From assembly GCA_963847705.1 (NCBI GenBank), contig CAWKBC010000030.1, positions 160,001 to 224,000 of the forward strand: a stretch of 64,000 nt of DNA, in the 5' to 3' direction. The DNA comes from an uncultured Pseudomonadota bacterium (GTDB taxonomy: Bacteria; Myxococcota_A; Polyangia; Fen-1088). Shown here in pieces: positions 52,407-64,000 of this stretch. Numbering within the stretch: position 1 is the first letter of the stretch; each line of letters opens with the position of its first letter. The notes beneath the pieces were generated by a model. That model did not search any database, was not told the origin of the DNA, and saw only the letters and a list, made by a program, of their open reading frames with translations. A program made the position numbers and the translations under genes.

Positions 52407-53765
52407 TCAGCGCACCGGAAGCTGCGCCACGGCTGCGTTCCCCGCCGCTGCCGCTGCGGCCGTCGCCACATAGGGCGCGTCGGTCAGCGTCCCCAAGAAG
52501 GCCACGATCGCGTCGATGTCGTCGTCGTTCAGCGGCGGCGCCGCCCCCTCCCGCTGGTTGTAGATGGGCGCGTAGATGTTGACGTTGGCTCGATACTTGG
52601 GCGGCACGTCGTCGAACCTCTGCCCCGGCGGGTAGATGCGGTCCGGCGCCACCGCGCGCAAGGCGTAGAAGGCCACCACGTCGCGGAGCTTCTTGTAGGT
52701 GCCGCCGTGCCCGAAGCTCTGGCGAACCGCCACGTTGCGCAGCGACGGCGTGCGGAAGCTCGAGCACCATTTTTCGTCGTTCGAGGGCGTCGTCGCGCTC
52801 TTCCGCTCGCAGAGGCCGAGATCGAAGGACGCGGGATTCCGGTTGCTGGGCAGGTCTCGGTTGCGGGGGACGGCGACCGCGTCGTACCCATAGTCGGTGA
52901 ACATCGACTCCGCCGGATTGGTCGAGGTCTCGGCCAGGCGGTGGCAGCCGGAGCAGGCGCCGCGGCGCCGGTCCTTGAAGGCCTCGAGGCCGCGCCTCTC
53001 CTGTTCCGTCAGGGTCGCCTGGCCGCGCACGTAGGCGTCGTACTTGGAGGTGGCCGGCGTCATCTCGTCGCTGGTGAGATAGGCCGCGAGCGTCAGACCG
53101 ACGCCGCGCAGGATCGTCTGCGCGTCCGACGACGGTCCCAGCGCGGCGCGAAATTCTTTGCCGTAAGGCCCGCTGGCGATCTTGTCGGCGAGATGGCGCG
53201 GGGTCCCGGCGTTCATCTCGTTGGGGTTGAAGAGCGGCTGCCGCACCAGGTCCACCAGGCTGTCGGAGCGCCCGTCCCAGAAGAAGCCGCCGCGCGGCTC
53301 CGGCGCCGGGGCCTCGTCGTCCTCGAAGTAGTGAAACTTGGGGACGTACCTCATGTAGAGGACCGACGGCGTCGAACGTCGCGCGAATCGCCCGGGGCGG
53401 CTCCCCAGCGGCACGCCGATGCTGGAGCCGTGGCCTCCCGAAAACGCGTGCGCCGGCTCGTGGCAGCTGGCGCAGCTCGTCCCGGGCGGCTCGGAGAGGC
53501 GTTCGTCGAAGAAGATCTTCTTGCCCAGCGCCACCAGCACCGGGTTGTCGGGCGGTCCCTGGCGGGGCGGCACCGGAAGGACATTCGTACGGTGGGCCGG
53601 GATCACCTGGGCGCGGGGCAGCTTGGGGAGCTTCGCCGCCGCGAAGGCCTGGTCGATGGTCGGTTTCGGCGCGGGCGGAGGTGAGCTCCTCTCGCAGGCA
53701 CCGAGGGCCAATACGAAGGCGGCACCCGTTGCCAGATGCCGCCAGGATGCTGCCTCTCTTTTCAG
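52407..53765 (-). CDS. Diheme cytochrome c peroxidase/MauG family lipoprotein (BthA-like)
   Basis: CASCH and CSGCH heme motifs, FWDGR, FRTPSLRNV; lipobox LGAC; start probably CTG 53765 (track start 53711). Confidence 0.88.
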   Translation of the reverse strand: MKREAASWRHLATGAAFVLALGACERSSPPPAPKPTIDQAFAAAKLPKLPRAQVIPAHRTNVLPVPPRQGPPDNPVLVALGKKIFFDERLSEPPGTSCASCHEPAHAFSGGHGSSIGVPLGSRPGRFARRSTPSVLYMRYVPKFHYFEDDEAPAPEPRGGFFWDGRSDSLVDLVRQPLFNPNEMNAGTPRHLADKIASGPYGKEFRAALGPSSDAQTILRGVGLTLAAYLTSDEMTPATSKYDAYVRGQATLTEQERRGLEAFKDRRRGACSGCHRLAETSTNPAESMFTDYGYDAVAVPRNRDLPSNRNPASFDLGLCERKSATTPSNDEKWCSSFRTPSLRNVAVRQSFGHGGTYKKLRDVVAFYALRAVAPDRIYPPGQRFDDVPPKYRANVNIYAPIYNQREGAAPPLNDDDIDAIVAFLGTLTDAPYVATAAAAAAGNAAVAQLPVR

Positions 53766-53870
53766 GTTGCCCTCTGCCGACGAGCCTCGGAGATAGCCGT
53801 TGTTAACATGTGCCGACCTGTGCCGAGGTCGAAAATCTCCCTCGGCACAGACCCGCTCACCGGTCTCCCA

Positions 53871-55988
53871 CTACGGGATGTTGTCGTAGGTCCCGACCAC
53901 GGTGCCGCCGCCGTCCGTGCAGGTGATCTGACTGCCCGGGGTGGAGTCGCAGGTGCCGCTGCAGGCGATCGGCGGCGCCATCGTGCAAACCGCGATGATC
54001 GTGCCGTTGGTGCGGTACGAGGTAAACTTCCAGTTCTTCTGGCCCACGGAGCCCACCCGGTCCATGACCATGAAGCCAAACTCCTGCGAATAGGCGAAGG
54101 CGTTGATCACGGTGTTCGGCGCCGGCAGGTCGGCGTTGGGGTTGAAGTTCGCGGGGAGCGCGGAGTCCAGGTTGTCGCCGCCGTTGCCCGCCACGAAGGT
54201 GGCCGGATGGTTGCTGGAGAAGTTGAACGCCTGGAAGTCGTGCACGTGGCCGTGCATGGCGAGCCCGATGTTCGGCGGGTAGTAGTTGTTCGGGTAGGCG
54301 GCGTTCATGACCGACTGGAGCCCCGGGCTGCCGATGGTGGGCGGGTTGGCCGCGGTGTAGCCGAGCACCGGGTGGTGAACGGTCCAGATGTTGAGCAGGC
54401 TGGCCGGCGCAAGCGCGGCCGCCTCCGCCAGCTCGGTGGTGTAGGGCTGGAACGCCGCGGGCGAGTAGGCGCTCTTCGAGACGTTCGACGAGTCGAACAC
54501 GACGAACTGGGTATCCCCGAAGGAGACGGCCCAGGGGTCGTTGAAGTTGCCGCCCGTCGGGGTGGCGTCGAAGGCCGGATTGTCGCAGGTCTTGACGTCC
54601 GTGGTGTCGAACGGATTCGGGTCGAGGTACCGGAACCAGCCCTGGCCGGCGCGGTTGCAGACCTCGTGATTGCCCCGGACCATGACCCAGGGAGCCGCCG
54701 CCAGCAGCGGCGCCGCCGGCGCGAAGAAGTCCGCCGCCCAGGCGTCGGACCCGTAGCCCCAGGGTTGCCCGGCGCAGGCGGTGTTGCCGGGGGGGCAGGG
54801 ATTGTCGCGGTACTCGTAGTCACCGACGTGAAGGACGAGATCCGGCTGCATGCTGGCGGCCAGCGTCGAGATGGTGGGGAAGGGCCACTGCGTCGGATCG
54901 CCGCAGGCCTGGTAGACGTTTCCGATCGAGATGCGGCAGCCGGTGTCGCCGAGGATCACCACCCGGTTCACGACCGGCTTCGGCAGCGGCAGCTTGATCC
55001 CCGCCGCGGTGGCCGAGACCGCCCCCGCGGGGACGGAGAACTCGCAGGTGGTCGAGGTGAAGACGGAGGGCTTCGAGTTGCCAGAGGTCATCGCGGCGGC
55101 CAGGGTCGTGTCCGTGCTGGTCGGACGAAGCGGCAGCGTGACCGGCAGCGCGCGCACGCTCATGGCGCTGGTGACGCCGTCGACGGTGATCGCGGGGCAG
55201 GTGGTGTACGGCGTGATGAGTCGGGCGAGCGCCTGGTTGTTTGCCCCGATCTCGACCCAGGAGCTCTGGACGACGGCTGAATCGGGCGGGCAGGTGACCT
55301 GGAGGCTGAAGGTGGCGTTGCACCCGGCGTCCCCGTCGGAGACCGTCAGGGTCAGCGAGGCGGTGCCCGGCGCCGTGCAGGTCAGCGTCGGGTTCTGGGC
55401 GGTGGCGCTGCTCAGCGTGCCGGAGCTCGTGGTCCAGCTGTACGTGAGCGGCTGCGGGCCGTTGTCCTGATCGTCGGCCGTGCTCGAGATCGCGACGACG
55501 TTCCCCACCGGCGGGTTCGCGCTGACGGAGTCGACCCGCGGGCAGATGTTGATCGTGCCGTTCACCAGGACGCTCCCGGTCGTCGGGGCCAGGTGGCAGT
55601 CGATCGCCACCGACACGGCGGTCGTGGCGCCGGCGGCGATGTTGAACGGCGCCGAGGTGCCCGTGCAGCTGGTTTTCCCGTCGACCGACGTTCCAGTCAG
55701 CGCCAACACATAGCCCGTGCCCACCGCGATGTTGCCGATGACCGCGGAGACCGTCGATGAGCTGGCGACGTTGATCGACCCCGAATAGGAGCTGGGGCCG
55801 CTGATCGAATAGGCGAAGGTGTTCAAGCTGCTTCCCGGCGAGAGGACCAGCGCCACGGAGCCCGCGGCGTCCGTCGACCCGCCGCCGGAGCTGGCCGTCG
55901 TCGGGGCGCCGTTGCAGCCCATCAGCGTCGAGAGCCCGACGGTCAACATGAGATTCAACGCAAGGTTCGTTCGATCGAATTTCAGCAC
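53871..55988 (-). CDS. Exported metallophosphoesterase with N-terminal Ig/PKD-like domains
   Basis: GDTGCR, HVGDY, RGNHE, HHP, GHVH motifs; lipobox LMGC. Confidence 0.88.
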   Translation of the reverse strand: MLKFDRTNLALNLMLTVGLSTLMGCNGAPTTASSGGGSTDAAGSVALVLSPGSSLNTFAYSISGPSSYSGSINVASSSTVSAVIGNIAVGTGYVLALTGTSVDGKTSCTGTSAPFNIAAGATTAVSVAIDCHLAPTTGSVLVNGTINICPRVDSVSANPPVGNVVAISSTADDQDNGPQPLTYSWTTSSGTLSSATAQNPTLTCTAPGTASLTLTVSDGDAGCNATFSLQVTCPPDSAVVQSSWVEIGANNQALARLITPYTTCPAITVDGVTSAMSVRALPVTLPLRPTSTDTTLAAAMTSGNSKPSVFTSTTCEFSVPAGAVSATAAGIKLPLPKPVVNRVVILGDTGCRISIGNVYQACGDPTQWPFPTISTLAASMQPDLVLHVGDYEYRDNPCPPGNTACAGQPWGYGSDAWAADFFAPAAPLLAAAPWVMVRGNHEVCNRAGQGWFRYLDPNPFDTTDVKTCDNPAFDATPTGGNFNDPWAVSFGDTQFVVFDSSNVSKSAYSPAAFQPYTTELAEAAALAPASLLNIWTVHHPVLGYTAANPPTIGSPGLQSVMNAAYPNNYYPPNIGLAMHGHVHDFQAFNFSSNHPATFVAGNGGDNLDSALPANFNPNADLPAPNTVINAFAYSQEFGFMVMDRVGSVGQKNWKFTSYRTNGTIIAVCTMAPPIACSGTCDSTPGSQITCTDGGGTVVGTYDNIP

Positions 55989-56130
55989 GCGCGCCTCCGA
56001 GTCCTAAGGTTCAGCCAACAGGGGACGCCGGGCTGGCATTCAGGAGTCGTGCCACACACGCGGAGCGCGGAATGCTCGCTGATCGTCGAGGTTTTTCGTC
56101 TTTGTCCTGACGTCCCCTCGACCGAACTCT

Positions 56131-56162
56131 CCGAAAATCGAATGGGTCATTCCGATTTTCGG
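56131..56162. promoter_or_regulatory. Perfect 10-bp inverted repeat CCGAAAATCG-N12-CGATTTTCGG
   Basis: Seen directly; operator or RNA hairpin upstream of the phosphoesterase operon. Confidence 0.55.
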
Positions 56163-56204
56163 TCACCACCGATCGCCTCGCTGGACACTGGAGCGACGGC
56201 CAAC

Positions 56205-56345
56205 GCGCCGCAGTGGCCGCCGGGCTCAGAACCGGCCGTCCGACGCGCCCCCTCCCGGAAAGCTCCGGTGAGGGCGCGCCGCACGGCTCATCTCAGCGGG
56301 GGCGGTTGCCGTGGTTGCGGCTGGCTTTCGGATTCAGCAGCGGGC
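56205..56345 (-). ncRNA. Possible degenerate cobalamin-riboswitch-like leader
   Basis: Ordered motifs GCAACCGCCCCCGC, CACCGG..CCGGGAGG and GAGCCCGG..CTGC resemble B12 element blocks; 5' GGGAA block missing. Confidence 0.3.
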
Positions 56346-56378
56346 GCATCGCCTTGGCGAACGCCCTCGCGGACTTGA

Positions 56379-57971
<1,593 letters not shown>

Positions 57972-57986
57972 GACGTCGGCGACGCC

Positions 57987-58739
57987 GTGACCAGGCTGTC
58001 CGTCAACGTCAACAAGATCGCCACGCTCCGCAACACGCGCTCCAACGCGATCCCCGATTTGTCGCAGCTCGCGGCGCTGGCCCTGGCCTGCGGCGCCAAC
58101 GGCATCACGGTGCACCCCCGCCCCGACGAGAGGCACATTCGGGCGGGCGACGTCCCCGAATTGGCGGCCCTCGTCGCCCGATATCCGGGCGCAGAATTCA
58201 ACATCGAGGGAAATCCATTCCACGGCCTGGTCGAGCACTGCGCCCGGTCACGGCCGTCTCAGGCCACGCTGGTGCCCGACGCACGCGAAGCCCTCACCAG
58301 CAACCACGGGTGGAATCTGGTCGAGATGCCGCGTGCGCAGCGGACCGCGCTGGCGACCTGCATCGCGCAGCTTCGCGCCCTCGGGTGCCGGGTGAGCCTG
58401 TTCGTCGATCCCGTTCCCCAGCTGATGCCGCTGGCCAGGGAGCTGGGCGCCGACCGCGTCGAGCTCTTCACCGAGCCGTACGCCACGCTGGCGGCCGACG
58501 GTCGTGTGGAGGAGGCGCTCTCGCCCTACGTCGCCGCGGCCGCCGCGGCCCGAAACCACGGCCTGGGCGTCAACGCGGGACACGACCTCAATCTGGAAAA
58601 TCTGGGCCCGTTCCTGGATGGAGCCCGGCCGATCGATGAGGTCTCCATCGGGCACGCGCTCATCGCCGATGCGCTGGTGTTCGGCCTGGGGGACGCGGTT
58701 CGCCGGTATCTGGCGATCTGCGCGAAGCCGCGTCCCTGA
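57987..58739 (+). CDS. pdxJ: Pyridoxine 5'-phosphate synthase
   Basis: LSVNVNKIATLRN, ITVHPRPDERHI, NAGHDL, EVSIGHA. Confidence 0.96.
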   Translation: MTRLSVNVNKIATLRNTRSNAIPDLSQLAALALACGANGITVHPRPDERHIRAGDVPELAALVARYPGAEFNIEGNPFHGLVEHCARSRPSQATLVPDAREALTSNHGWNLVEMPRAQRTALATCIAQLRALGCRVSLFVDPVPQLMPLARELGADRVELFTEPYATLAADGRVEEALSPYVAAAAAARNHGLGVNAGHDLNLENLGPFLDGARPIDEVSIGHALIADALVFGLGDAVRRYLAICAKPRP

Positions 58740-58742
58740 CCT

Positions 58743-59189
58743 TCAGGCCGCCAGACGAACCTGTGCCGGCGAAGCGTCGGCCGTCCTGTGGGGCAGCGGC
58801 GTCCGCAGGTGCAGCATCGGCGCGAAGACGCTCCGGTAGCTCCAGGCGAGGTACAGCTCCGCCGCCAGGAGGGCGAGCGGGATCGGCAACCCGGAGGGCT
58901 CGAGGAACAGGTGGAAGCCGACGATGTTGATGATGATCGGCGCCAGGACCGCGAGCGAAAGCGGGACCAGCAGGCCGCTCAGGAGCAGCAGGCCGGCGGC
59001 GACCTCGGTCGCCTTCAAGAGCGGGAACAGGTAGCCGCTGGCGAAGAGGGCGCCCGCGAAGGCGGCGGCGCGGGGCGGTGCCGGTGGCATCGGCAGGAAG
59101 TGCAGGAAGAAGTTCAACCCGAAGACGGTGAAGACCAGGCCCAGAAACAGACGCGCGGCGGTGGGGAGGTGCTTGCTGATGGTGTGCAT
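58743..59189 (-). CDS. DoxX family membrane protein
   Basis: RLFLGLVF..GLNFFL, SGYLFPLLKATE, APIIINI..FH. Confidence 0.82.
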   Translation of the reverse strand: MHTISKHLPTAARLFLGLVFTVFGLNFFLHFLPMPPAPPRAAAFAGALFASGYLFPLLKATEVAAGLLLLSGLLVPLSLAVLAPIIINIVGFHLFLEPSGLPIPLALLAAELYLAWSYRSVFAPMLHLRTPLPHRTADASPAQVRLAA

Positions 59190-59267
59190 GGCGATGTTCC
59201 TTTCGCTGCCCAGTGTGGTCGTTTCTCGCCGGACAACTAGCCATCAGTGTGACAACATGTCGTTGCT

Positions 59268-60344
59268 ATGACAGCAACGGATGGCCTCGATCTGAACCAG
59301 GTGACGGCGTTCGTGCGGGTGATGGAGAGCGGCAGCTTCACCGCTGCGGCCCGCGAGCTGGGGCTGCCAAAGTCTTCGGTCAGCCGCCGGGTGAGCGCGC
59401 TCGGGACGGCGCTGCGGGTGCGGCTGCTCCAGCGCAGCACGCGCCAGCTGGTGCTGACGGAGGCCGGGCGCCTCTACTTCGAGCGCGCGCGGGCGGCTCT
59501 CCGTGGGCTGGCGGAGGCCAACGTCGCGGTGACCGACCTCAGCCACGAGATCGCCGGTCCGATCCGCTTCACCGCCGGCGGCGACAACACCGGCCTCATC
59601 GCCAACCTGCTCGCCGAGTTCCTCACCCGCCACCCGAAGATCCAGATCGACGTGGTGCTGACCCCGCGTCGGGTCGACCTGGTCGCGGAGGGGTTCGATC
59701 TGGCGCTGCGCGCCGGGCCGCTGGTCGATTCGGCGCTGATCGCGCGGCGCCTCGGGCGGACCGAGCTGGGGCTGTTCGCCTCGCCGGCCTACCTGCGCAA
59801 GGCGGGCCGACCCAAGACCGTCGCCGATCTGGCCAAGCACCGTTTCGTGCTCTTCGGCCCGCCGCACGAGCGCGAGCAGCTTCGCCTCACCGGTCCCGAC
59901 GGCGAGGAGAGCGTGAAGGTGCAGGGGCCCCTGGTGGTGCACGACATGTCGTTCGCGGTCGACGCGATCAGCACCGGCCTCGGCATCGGCCTGGTCCCCG
60001 ACATGTACCTCGGGTGGCTGGTCAAAGGCGGCATGCGATCGGGAGGGCGCGATCTGGTGCGCGTGCTCCCCGATCACGGCGTGGTCGGCTCGGAGCTGAG
60101 CCTGGTGTCGCCCAGCACCGCCTACGAGCCGACGCGCGTCGGCTTGCTGCGCGACTTTCTCGCCGAGCGGCTCCGCCCGATGATCCAGGCCTGCACGCTG
60201 GCGCTGGAGGCGGAGAAGGCCGCCCGGCGAAAGGCCGAAGCGCGGGCGAGCAAACAAGCGACTGAACGGGCCGCCAAACGCGGGGCGCCCAGGACCTCGC
60301 GCGCAGCCGGACCGCGACCCGCTCAGGCCTTGGCCACCACCTGA
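59268..60344 (+). CDS. LysR family transcriptional regulator
   Basis: GSFTAAARELG..KSSVSRRV, LLQRSTR..LTEAG, DLVAEGFDLALR; divergent from doxX. Confidence 0.95.
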   Translation: MTATDGLDLNQVTAFVRVMESGSFTAAARELGLPKSSVSRRVSALGTALRVRLLQRSTRQLVLTEAGRLYFERARAALRGLAEANVAVTDLSHEIAGPIRFTAGGDNTGLIANLLAEFLTRHPKIQIDVVLTPRRVDLVAEGFDLALRAGPLVDSALIARRLGRTELGLFASPAYLRKAGRPKTVADLAKHRFVLFGPPHEREQLRLTGPDGEESVKVQGPLVVHDMSFAVDAISTGLGIGLVPDMYLGWLVKGGMRSGGRDLVRVLPDHGVVGSELSLVSPSTAYEPTRVGLLRDFLAERLRPMIQACTLALEAEKAARRKAEARASKQATERAAKRGAPRTSRAAGPRPAQALATT

Positions 60345-62572
60345 AGCGTCCGGCGCACGACGCCTTCGAAGACCTCCAGCTGCGCGCCGCGCGGCGGCTC
60401 GCCCGCCTGGGGGACGCGGCGGGTGTAGACGCCGTCCGCGTTCATGTCGAAGGCGAAGGCGTTGTCCACCGTCGCCGGCCCGAGGACCTCCTGCCGGATC
60501 TGCTCGCGCAGCGCCGGGGACTCGACCGGGAACATGATCTCGACGCGGCGGTGCAGGTTGCGCGGCATCCAGTCGGCCGACGAGAGGAAGAACTCCTCTT
60601 CGCCGGGAGGCCCGAACACCAGCACCCGCTCGTGCTCGAGGAAGCGCCCCAGGATCGACATCACCCGGATGTTGTCCGAAACGCCGGGGATGCCCGGGCG
60701 CAGGCAGCAGACGCCGCGCACGCACAGCGTGATCGGCACGCCGGCCTGCGAGGCGCGGTAGAGCGCCTGGATGACCGGCACGTCGACGAGCGCGTTCAGC
60801 TTGGCGAAGATGGCGGCCGGCTTGCCGGCGCTGGCCCGTTCGGTCTGGGCTTCGATCTTGGCGAGGATCGCGTCGGACAGCGCGGTCGGCGCCACGGCCA
60901 GCTTGCGGTGGCGCGCCTTCTTGGAAAACCCGGAGAGCCCGTTGAAGAACTCCGACAGGTCCTCGCCGAACTCCGGATCGCAGGTGAAGAGGCCGAGGTC
61001 GGTGTAGAGCCGCGAGGTCGACTCGTTGTAGTTGCCGGTCCCCAGGTGGACGTAGCGGCGCAGCCCCTCGCCTTCGCGCCGCACCACCAGCGCCGCCTTG
61101 GCGTGCGTCTTCAGCTCGGCGTGACCGAACCAGACGTGCGCGCCCGCCCGCTCCAGCGCGCGGGCCCAGGCGATGTTGTTCTCCTCGTCGAAGCGCGCCT
61201 TGATCTCCACCGACACGGCGACCTGCTTGTGGTTCTCGGCGGCGCGGATGAGGAGGCGCACCACCTCGGCGTGGGAGCCGGTCCGGTAGAGCGTCATCTT
61301 GATCGCCAGCACGTCGGGATCCTCGGCCGCCTGGCGCAGGAACGACAGCACCGGCCCGAACGAGTCGTAGGGGTGATGCAACAAGAGGTCGCCCTTGCGG
61401 ATGAGGGCGAACATGTCGGCCTTCTCGCCGAGCTCGCCGGGGAGGCGAGCGACGAACGGCGGATCGCGCAGATCGCCCCGGGCCAGGCCGGTGATCGACA
61501 TGAGCGCCCGCAGCCCGAGCGGCCCGGTCGCCGTGTAGACGTCGTCCTCGTCGATCGAGAGCTTCTCCATCAGCAGCTTGCGCACCCGATCGGGGATCCC
61601 GGCGGCGACCTCCAGCCGCACGCAGGCGCCGAAGCGCCGGCGCCGGATCTCCCGGTCGACGATCGACAGCAGATCGTGCGCCTCGTCCTCGAGGATGTCG
61701 TAGTCCATGTCGCGGGTGACGCGAAACGGATAGGTCCCCAGGATCTCCATCCCCGGGAAGAGCTCGTCGAGGTTGGCGGCCAGGAGCTGCTCGAGCGGCA
61801 GGAAGTCGTGCGCGCCGTCGGCGGCCGCGGCGGCCGAGCGGCCGGCGTCGAAGTTCTCGAAGGGGACGAAGCGGGGAAGGATCTCGGGGACCTTGATGCG
61901 CGCGAACTTCCGTTCCTTGGTCTCCGGGTCGCGCGCCTCGACCGCCAGCGACAGCGAGAGGTTGGAGAGGAAGGGGAAGGGGTGCCCGGGGTCGACCGCC
62001 AGCGGCGTCACCACCGGAAACACCGAGCGGCGGAAGTACTTGCGCGCCTGCTTCTTGGTCTCGGCGTCGAGCGCGCTCCAGTCGTGGATCCGGATCCCGC
62101 GCCCGGCCAGCGCCGGGAGGAGATCCTCGGCCAGCAGCGTCGCCGCGGTCTCCAGCTGACCGCGGATGATCTGGCCGATGCGGGCCAGCTGCTCCCGCGC
62201 CGAGAGGCCGTCGGGGCTGGCCTCGACCAGGGCGGCTGCCTCGAGCTGCTCGTGCAGCCCCGAGACGCGGATCATGAAAAATTCGTCCAGGTTCGAGGAG
62301 TAGATGGCCAGGAACTTCAGCCGCTCGAGCAGCGGCCAGCGGACGTCGAGCGCCTGGTCCAGCACCCGGGCGTTGAAGGCCAGCCAGGAGGTCTCGCGGT
62401 TGATGTAGAGCGCCGGGCTGGCCAGATCGGCGGCAGATGACTCCGCGAGCGCGACCACCGACCCGCCGTCGTCCTTCGCTTTGCCTTTGGCCTCGGCCTT
62501 GGCGTCGATCTTGGCGTCGATGATGGCCTCTTCTCTCGCGTCGTCTTTGGTCTTGGCTTGAGCTGGTTGCAT
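60323..62572 (-). CDS. ppk1: Polyphosphate kinase 1
   Basis: NRETSWLAFN, SSNLDEFF, HHPYDSF, KARFDEENN, SADWMPRNL. Confidence 0.97.
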   Translation of the reverse strand: MQPAQAKTKDDAREEAIIDAKIDAKAEAKGKAKDDGGSVVALAESSAADLASPALYINRETSWLAFNARVLDQALDVRWPLLERLKFLAIYSSNLDEFFMIRVSGLHEQLEAAALVEASPDGLSAREQLARIGQIIRGQLETAATLLAEDLLPALAGRGIRIHDWSALDAETKKQARKYFRRSVFPVVTPLAVDPGHPFPFLSNLSLSLAVEARDPETKERKFARIKVPEILPRFVPFENFDAGRSAAAAADGAHDFLPLEQLLAANLDELFPGMEILGTYPFRVTRDMDYDILEDEAHDLLSIVDREIRRRRFGACVRLEVAAGIPDRVRKLLMEKLSIDEDDVYTATGPLGLRALMSITGLARGDLRDPPFVARLPGELGEKADMFALIRKGDLLLHHPYDSFGPVLSFLRQAAEDPDVLAIKMTLYRTGSHAEVVRLLIRAAENHKQVAVSVEIKARFDEENNIAWARALERAGAHVWFGHAELKTHAKAALVVRREGEGLRRYVHLGTGNYNESTSRLYTDLGLFTCDPEFGEDLSEFFNGLSGFSKKARHRKLAVAPTALSDAILAKIEAQTERASAGKPAAIFAKLNALVDVPVIQALYRASQAGVPITLCVRGVCCLRPGIPGVSDNIRVMSILGRFLEHERVLVFGPPGEEEFFLSSADWMPRNLHRRVEIMFPVESPALREQIRQEVLGPATVDNAFAFDMNADGVYTRRVPQAGEPPRGAQLEVFEGVVRRTLQVVAKA

Positions 62573-62736
62573 GATCGCCTCGGGGCTGGCGAGCCTACGC
62601 CCAGTGGATCCCCATCATGTCTCAATCACGTGACATTTGAGGGGTCTTCACCGGCCATGCGGCTTGCCGGAGCGCAGCCGATCGCCTACCGTTCATGGAA
62701 AGCTGGAACGCTGGAACCGCCGAGGTGACCCGACCG

Positions 62737-63213
62737 ATGTCGCTGCACGAACTTACCGCCGAGACAATCGACCACAAACCTCAGCCGCTCCAGGACTACA
62801 AAGGACAGGTCCTGCTGGTGGTGAATACGGCCTCCGAGTGTGGCGCAACGCCCCAGTACGCCGGCCTCGAGAAGCTCTGGCAGGAATACAAGGGACGCGG
62901 CCTGGCGGTCCTGGGGTTCCCCTCCAACGATTTCGGCAGGCAGGAGCCGGGCACGGAGGCGGAGATCAAGACCTTCTGCAGCGCCAACTACAAGGTGACC
63001 TTCCCGCTCTACGCCAAGGTCGGAACCAAGGGGGCCGGACAGTCGCCGGTCTACAAGTTCCTGACCGCCAAGCATGGCGAGCCGAAGTGGAACTTTCACA
63101 AGTATCTGGTCGGCAAGAACGGCGAAGTGATCCGCGCCTTCGCCACCAGCGTCGAGCCCAACGACGCTGAGCTGCGCGGGGCCATCGAGGCGGCGCTGGC
63201 CGCCCCGGCTTAA
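62737..63213 (+). CDS. Glutathione peroxidase family protein (Cys-type)
   Basis: VNTASECG, GFPSNDFGRQEPG, WNFHKYL. Confidence 0.95.
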   Translation: MSLHELTAETIDHKPQPLQDYKGQVLLVVNTASECGATPQYAGLEKLWQEYKGRGLAVLGFPSNDFGRQEPGTEAEIKTFCSANYKVTFPLYAKVGTKGAGQSPVYKFLTAKHGEPKWNFHKYLVGKNGEVIRAFATSVEPNDAELRGAIEAALAAPA

Positions 63214-63224
63214 CTGACCTAAGG

Positions 63225-64000
63225 GTGAAACACATGCAGGCAGTGGCCAGGAACGGGGCCGCCCTGTTGGGGCTGGCCCTCGTCGGAATGATCTCGATCG
63301 GGTGCAGCAGCGGCGCAGCCACGCATCTCGACGGGGGGAGCGGCGGTGGTGGCGGCAGCGCCGGAATGGGCGGCAGCGGAGGCGCGCCGGTGACGGTGAC
63401 CCCGGTCACCATCCAGGCGGCGACCGCCACGCGCACGCCGCGCACCACCACCTGGTCGGTGAACTACTGGACCTGGACGCCGAGCTTCGGCAACGACCTG
63501 CCGGGGACGGAGGCGCTGGTCGCGGCGATCACGCCGGCCTATTTGCGCGTCGGTGGGTACAACAACGACGCCAACACGCCCGACACCTTCGACGACGCGC
63601 AGCTCGACGCGATGGTCACCTATGCGCGCGCCATCGGCGCCGAGCCGATCCTCCAGGTGCCGCACCTGGCCGCCGACTCCACCGGCACGCCGGCGACCGC
63701 CGCCAACGCCGCCGCGATGGTGCAATACGCCAACGTCACCAAGGGCTACGGCATCAAGTACTTCTCGATCGGCAACGAGCCCGACCTCTACGACTCGGCC
63801 GGGTTGCCGTCCGACTCGACGATGCCGGCGATCCCCAACTACACCACCGACCAGTACTGCGCCTCGGTGACTGAGTACGTCACCGCGATGAAGGCCGTCG
63901 ATCCCACCATCAAGATCGTCGGGCCCGACCTGGCCTACAAGTACCAGGCTGGCAGCGCCGCCAATGACTGGCTGACGCCGATCCTCCAGACGTGCGGCGC
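63225..64000 (+). CDS. Clan GH-A glycoside hydrolase lipoprotein (GH44/GH79-like), truncated by the window end
   Basis: Open from GTG 63225/ATG 63234; lipobox SIGC, Gly linker, YLRVGG, YFSIGNEPDLY, MKAVDPTIKIVGP. Confidence 0.75.
   Translation, partial: MKHMQAVARNGAALLGLALVGMISIGCSSGAATHLDGGSGGGGGSAGMGGSGGAPVTVTPVTIQAATATRTPRTTTWSVNYWTWTPSFGNDLPGTEALVAAITPAYLRVGGYNNDANTPDTFDDAQLDAMVTYARAIGAEPILQVPHLAADSTGTPATAANAAAMVQYANVTKGYGIKYFSIGNEPDLYDSAGLPSDSTMPAIPNYTTDQYCASVTEYVTAMKAVDPTIKIVGPDLAYKYQAGSAANDWLTPILQTCG

Noticed and set aside
62737-63213. Selenocysteine recoding in the glutathione peroxidase
   Set aside because: The active-site codon is TGT (Cys), with no in-frame TGA

Overview
High-GC window, most likely from Myxococcota (Polyangia-like), judged from MYXO-CTERM tails, Gly/Thr-rich lipoprotein linkers and ECF/anti-sigma cassettes. 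Positions 1-8.3 kb look like an accessory region abutting the 3' end of a tRNA-Phe(GAA). It holds two divergent GH26 lipoprotein paralogues around an ECF sigma/anti-sigma-like pair, a lyase-like lipoprotein, a pectate-lyase relic and integrase arm-like repeats. A K+ uptake region follows (kup; small peptide-kdpF-kdpABC). It has no kdpDE in the window, but has two sigma54-type promoters, paired enhancer-like motifs and a degenerate sigma54 activator. Next is a variant cytochrome c maturation cluster (CcmF-CcmH fusion, CcmI-like Zn-ribbon protein, large exported protein, ccmAB, ccmC, ccmD-like) split by a Phd/VapC toxin-antitoxin pair and two other genes. Housekeeping genes include ilvE, eno, a Zn-finger-less clpX paralogue, metF, argG, pdxJ, ppk1 and a glutathione peroxidase. 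Also present are a LemA/TPM operon, an MMPL gene, and a metallophosphoesterase/diheme peroxidase/frameshifted HupE-UreJ operon with a structured leader. Two intergenic tandem arrays and a dispersed REP-like element were seen. No CRISPR array, rRNA or intact transposase/integrase was seen. All calls come from reading motifs by eye, with no database searches.
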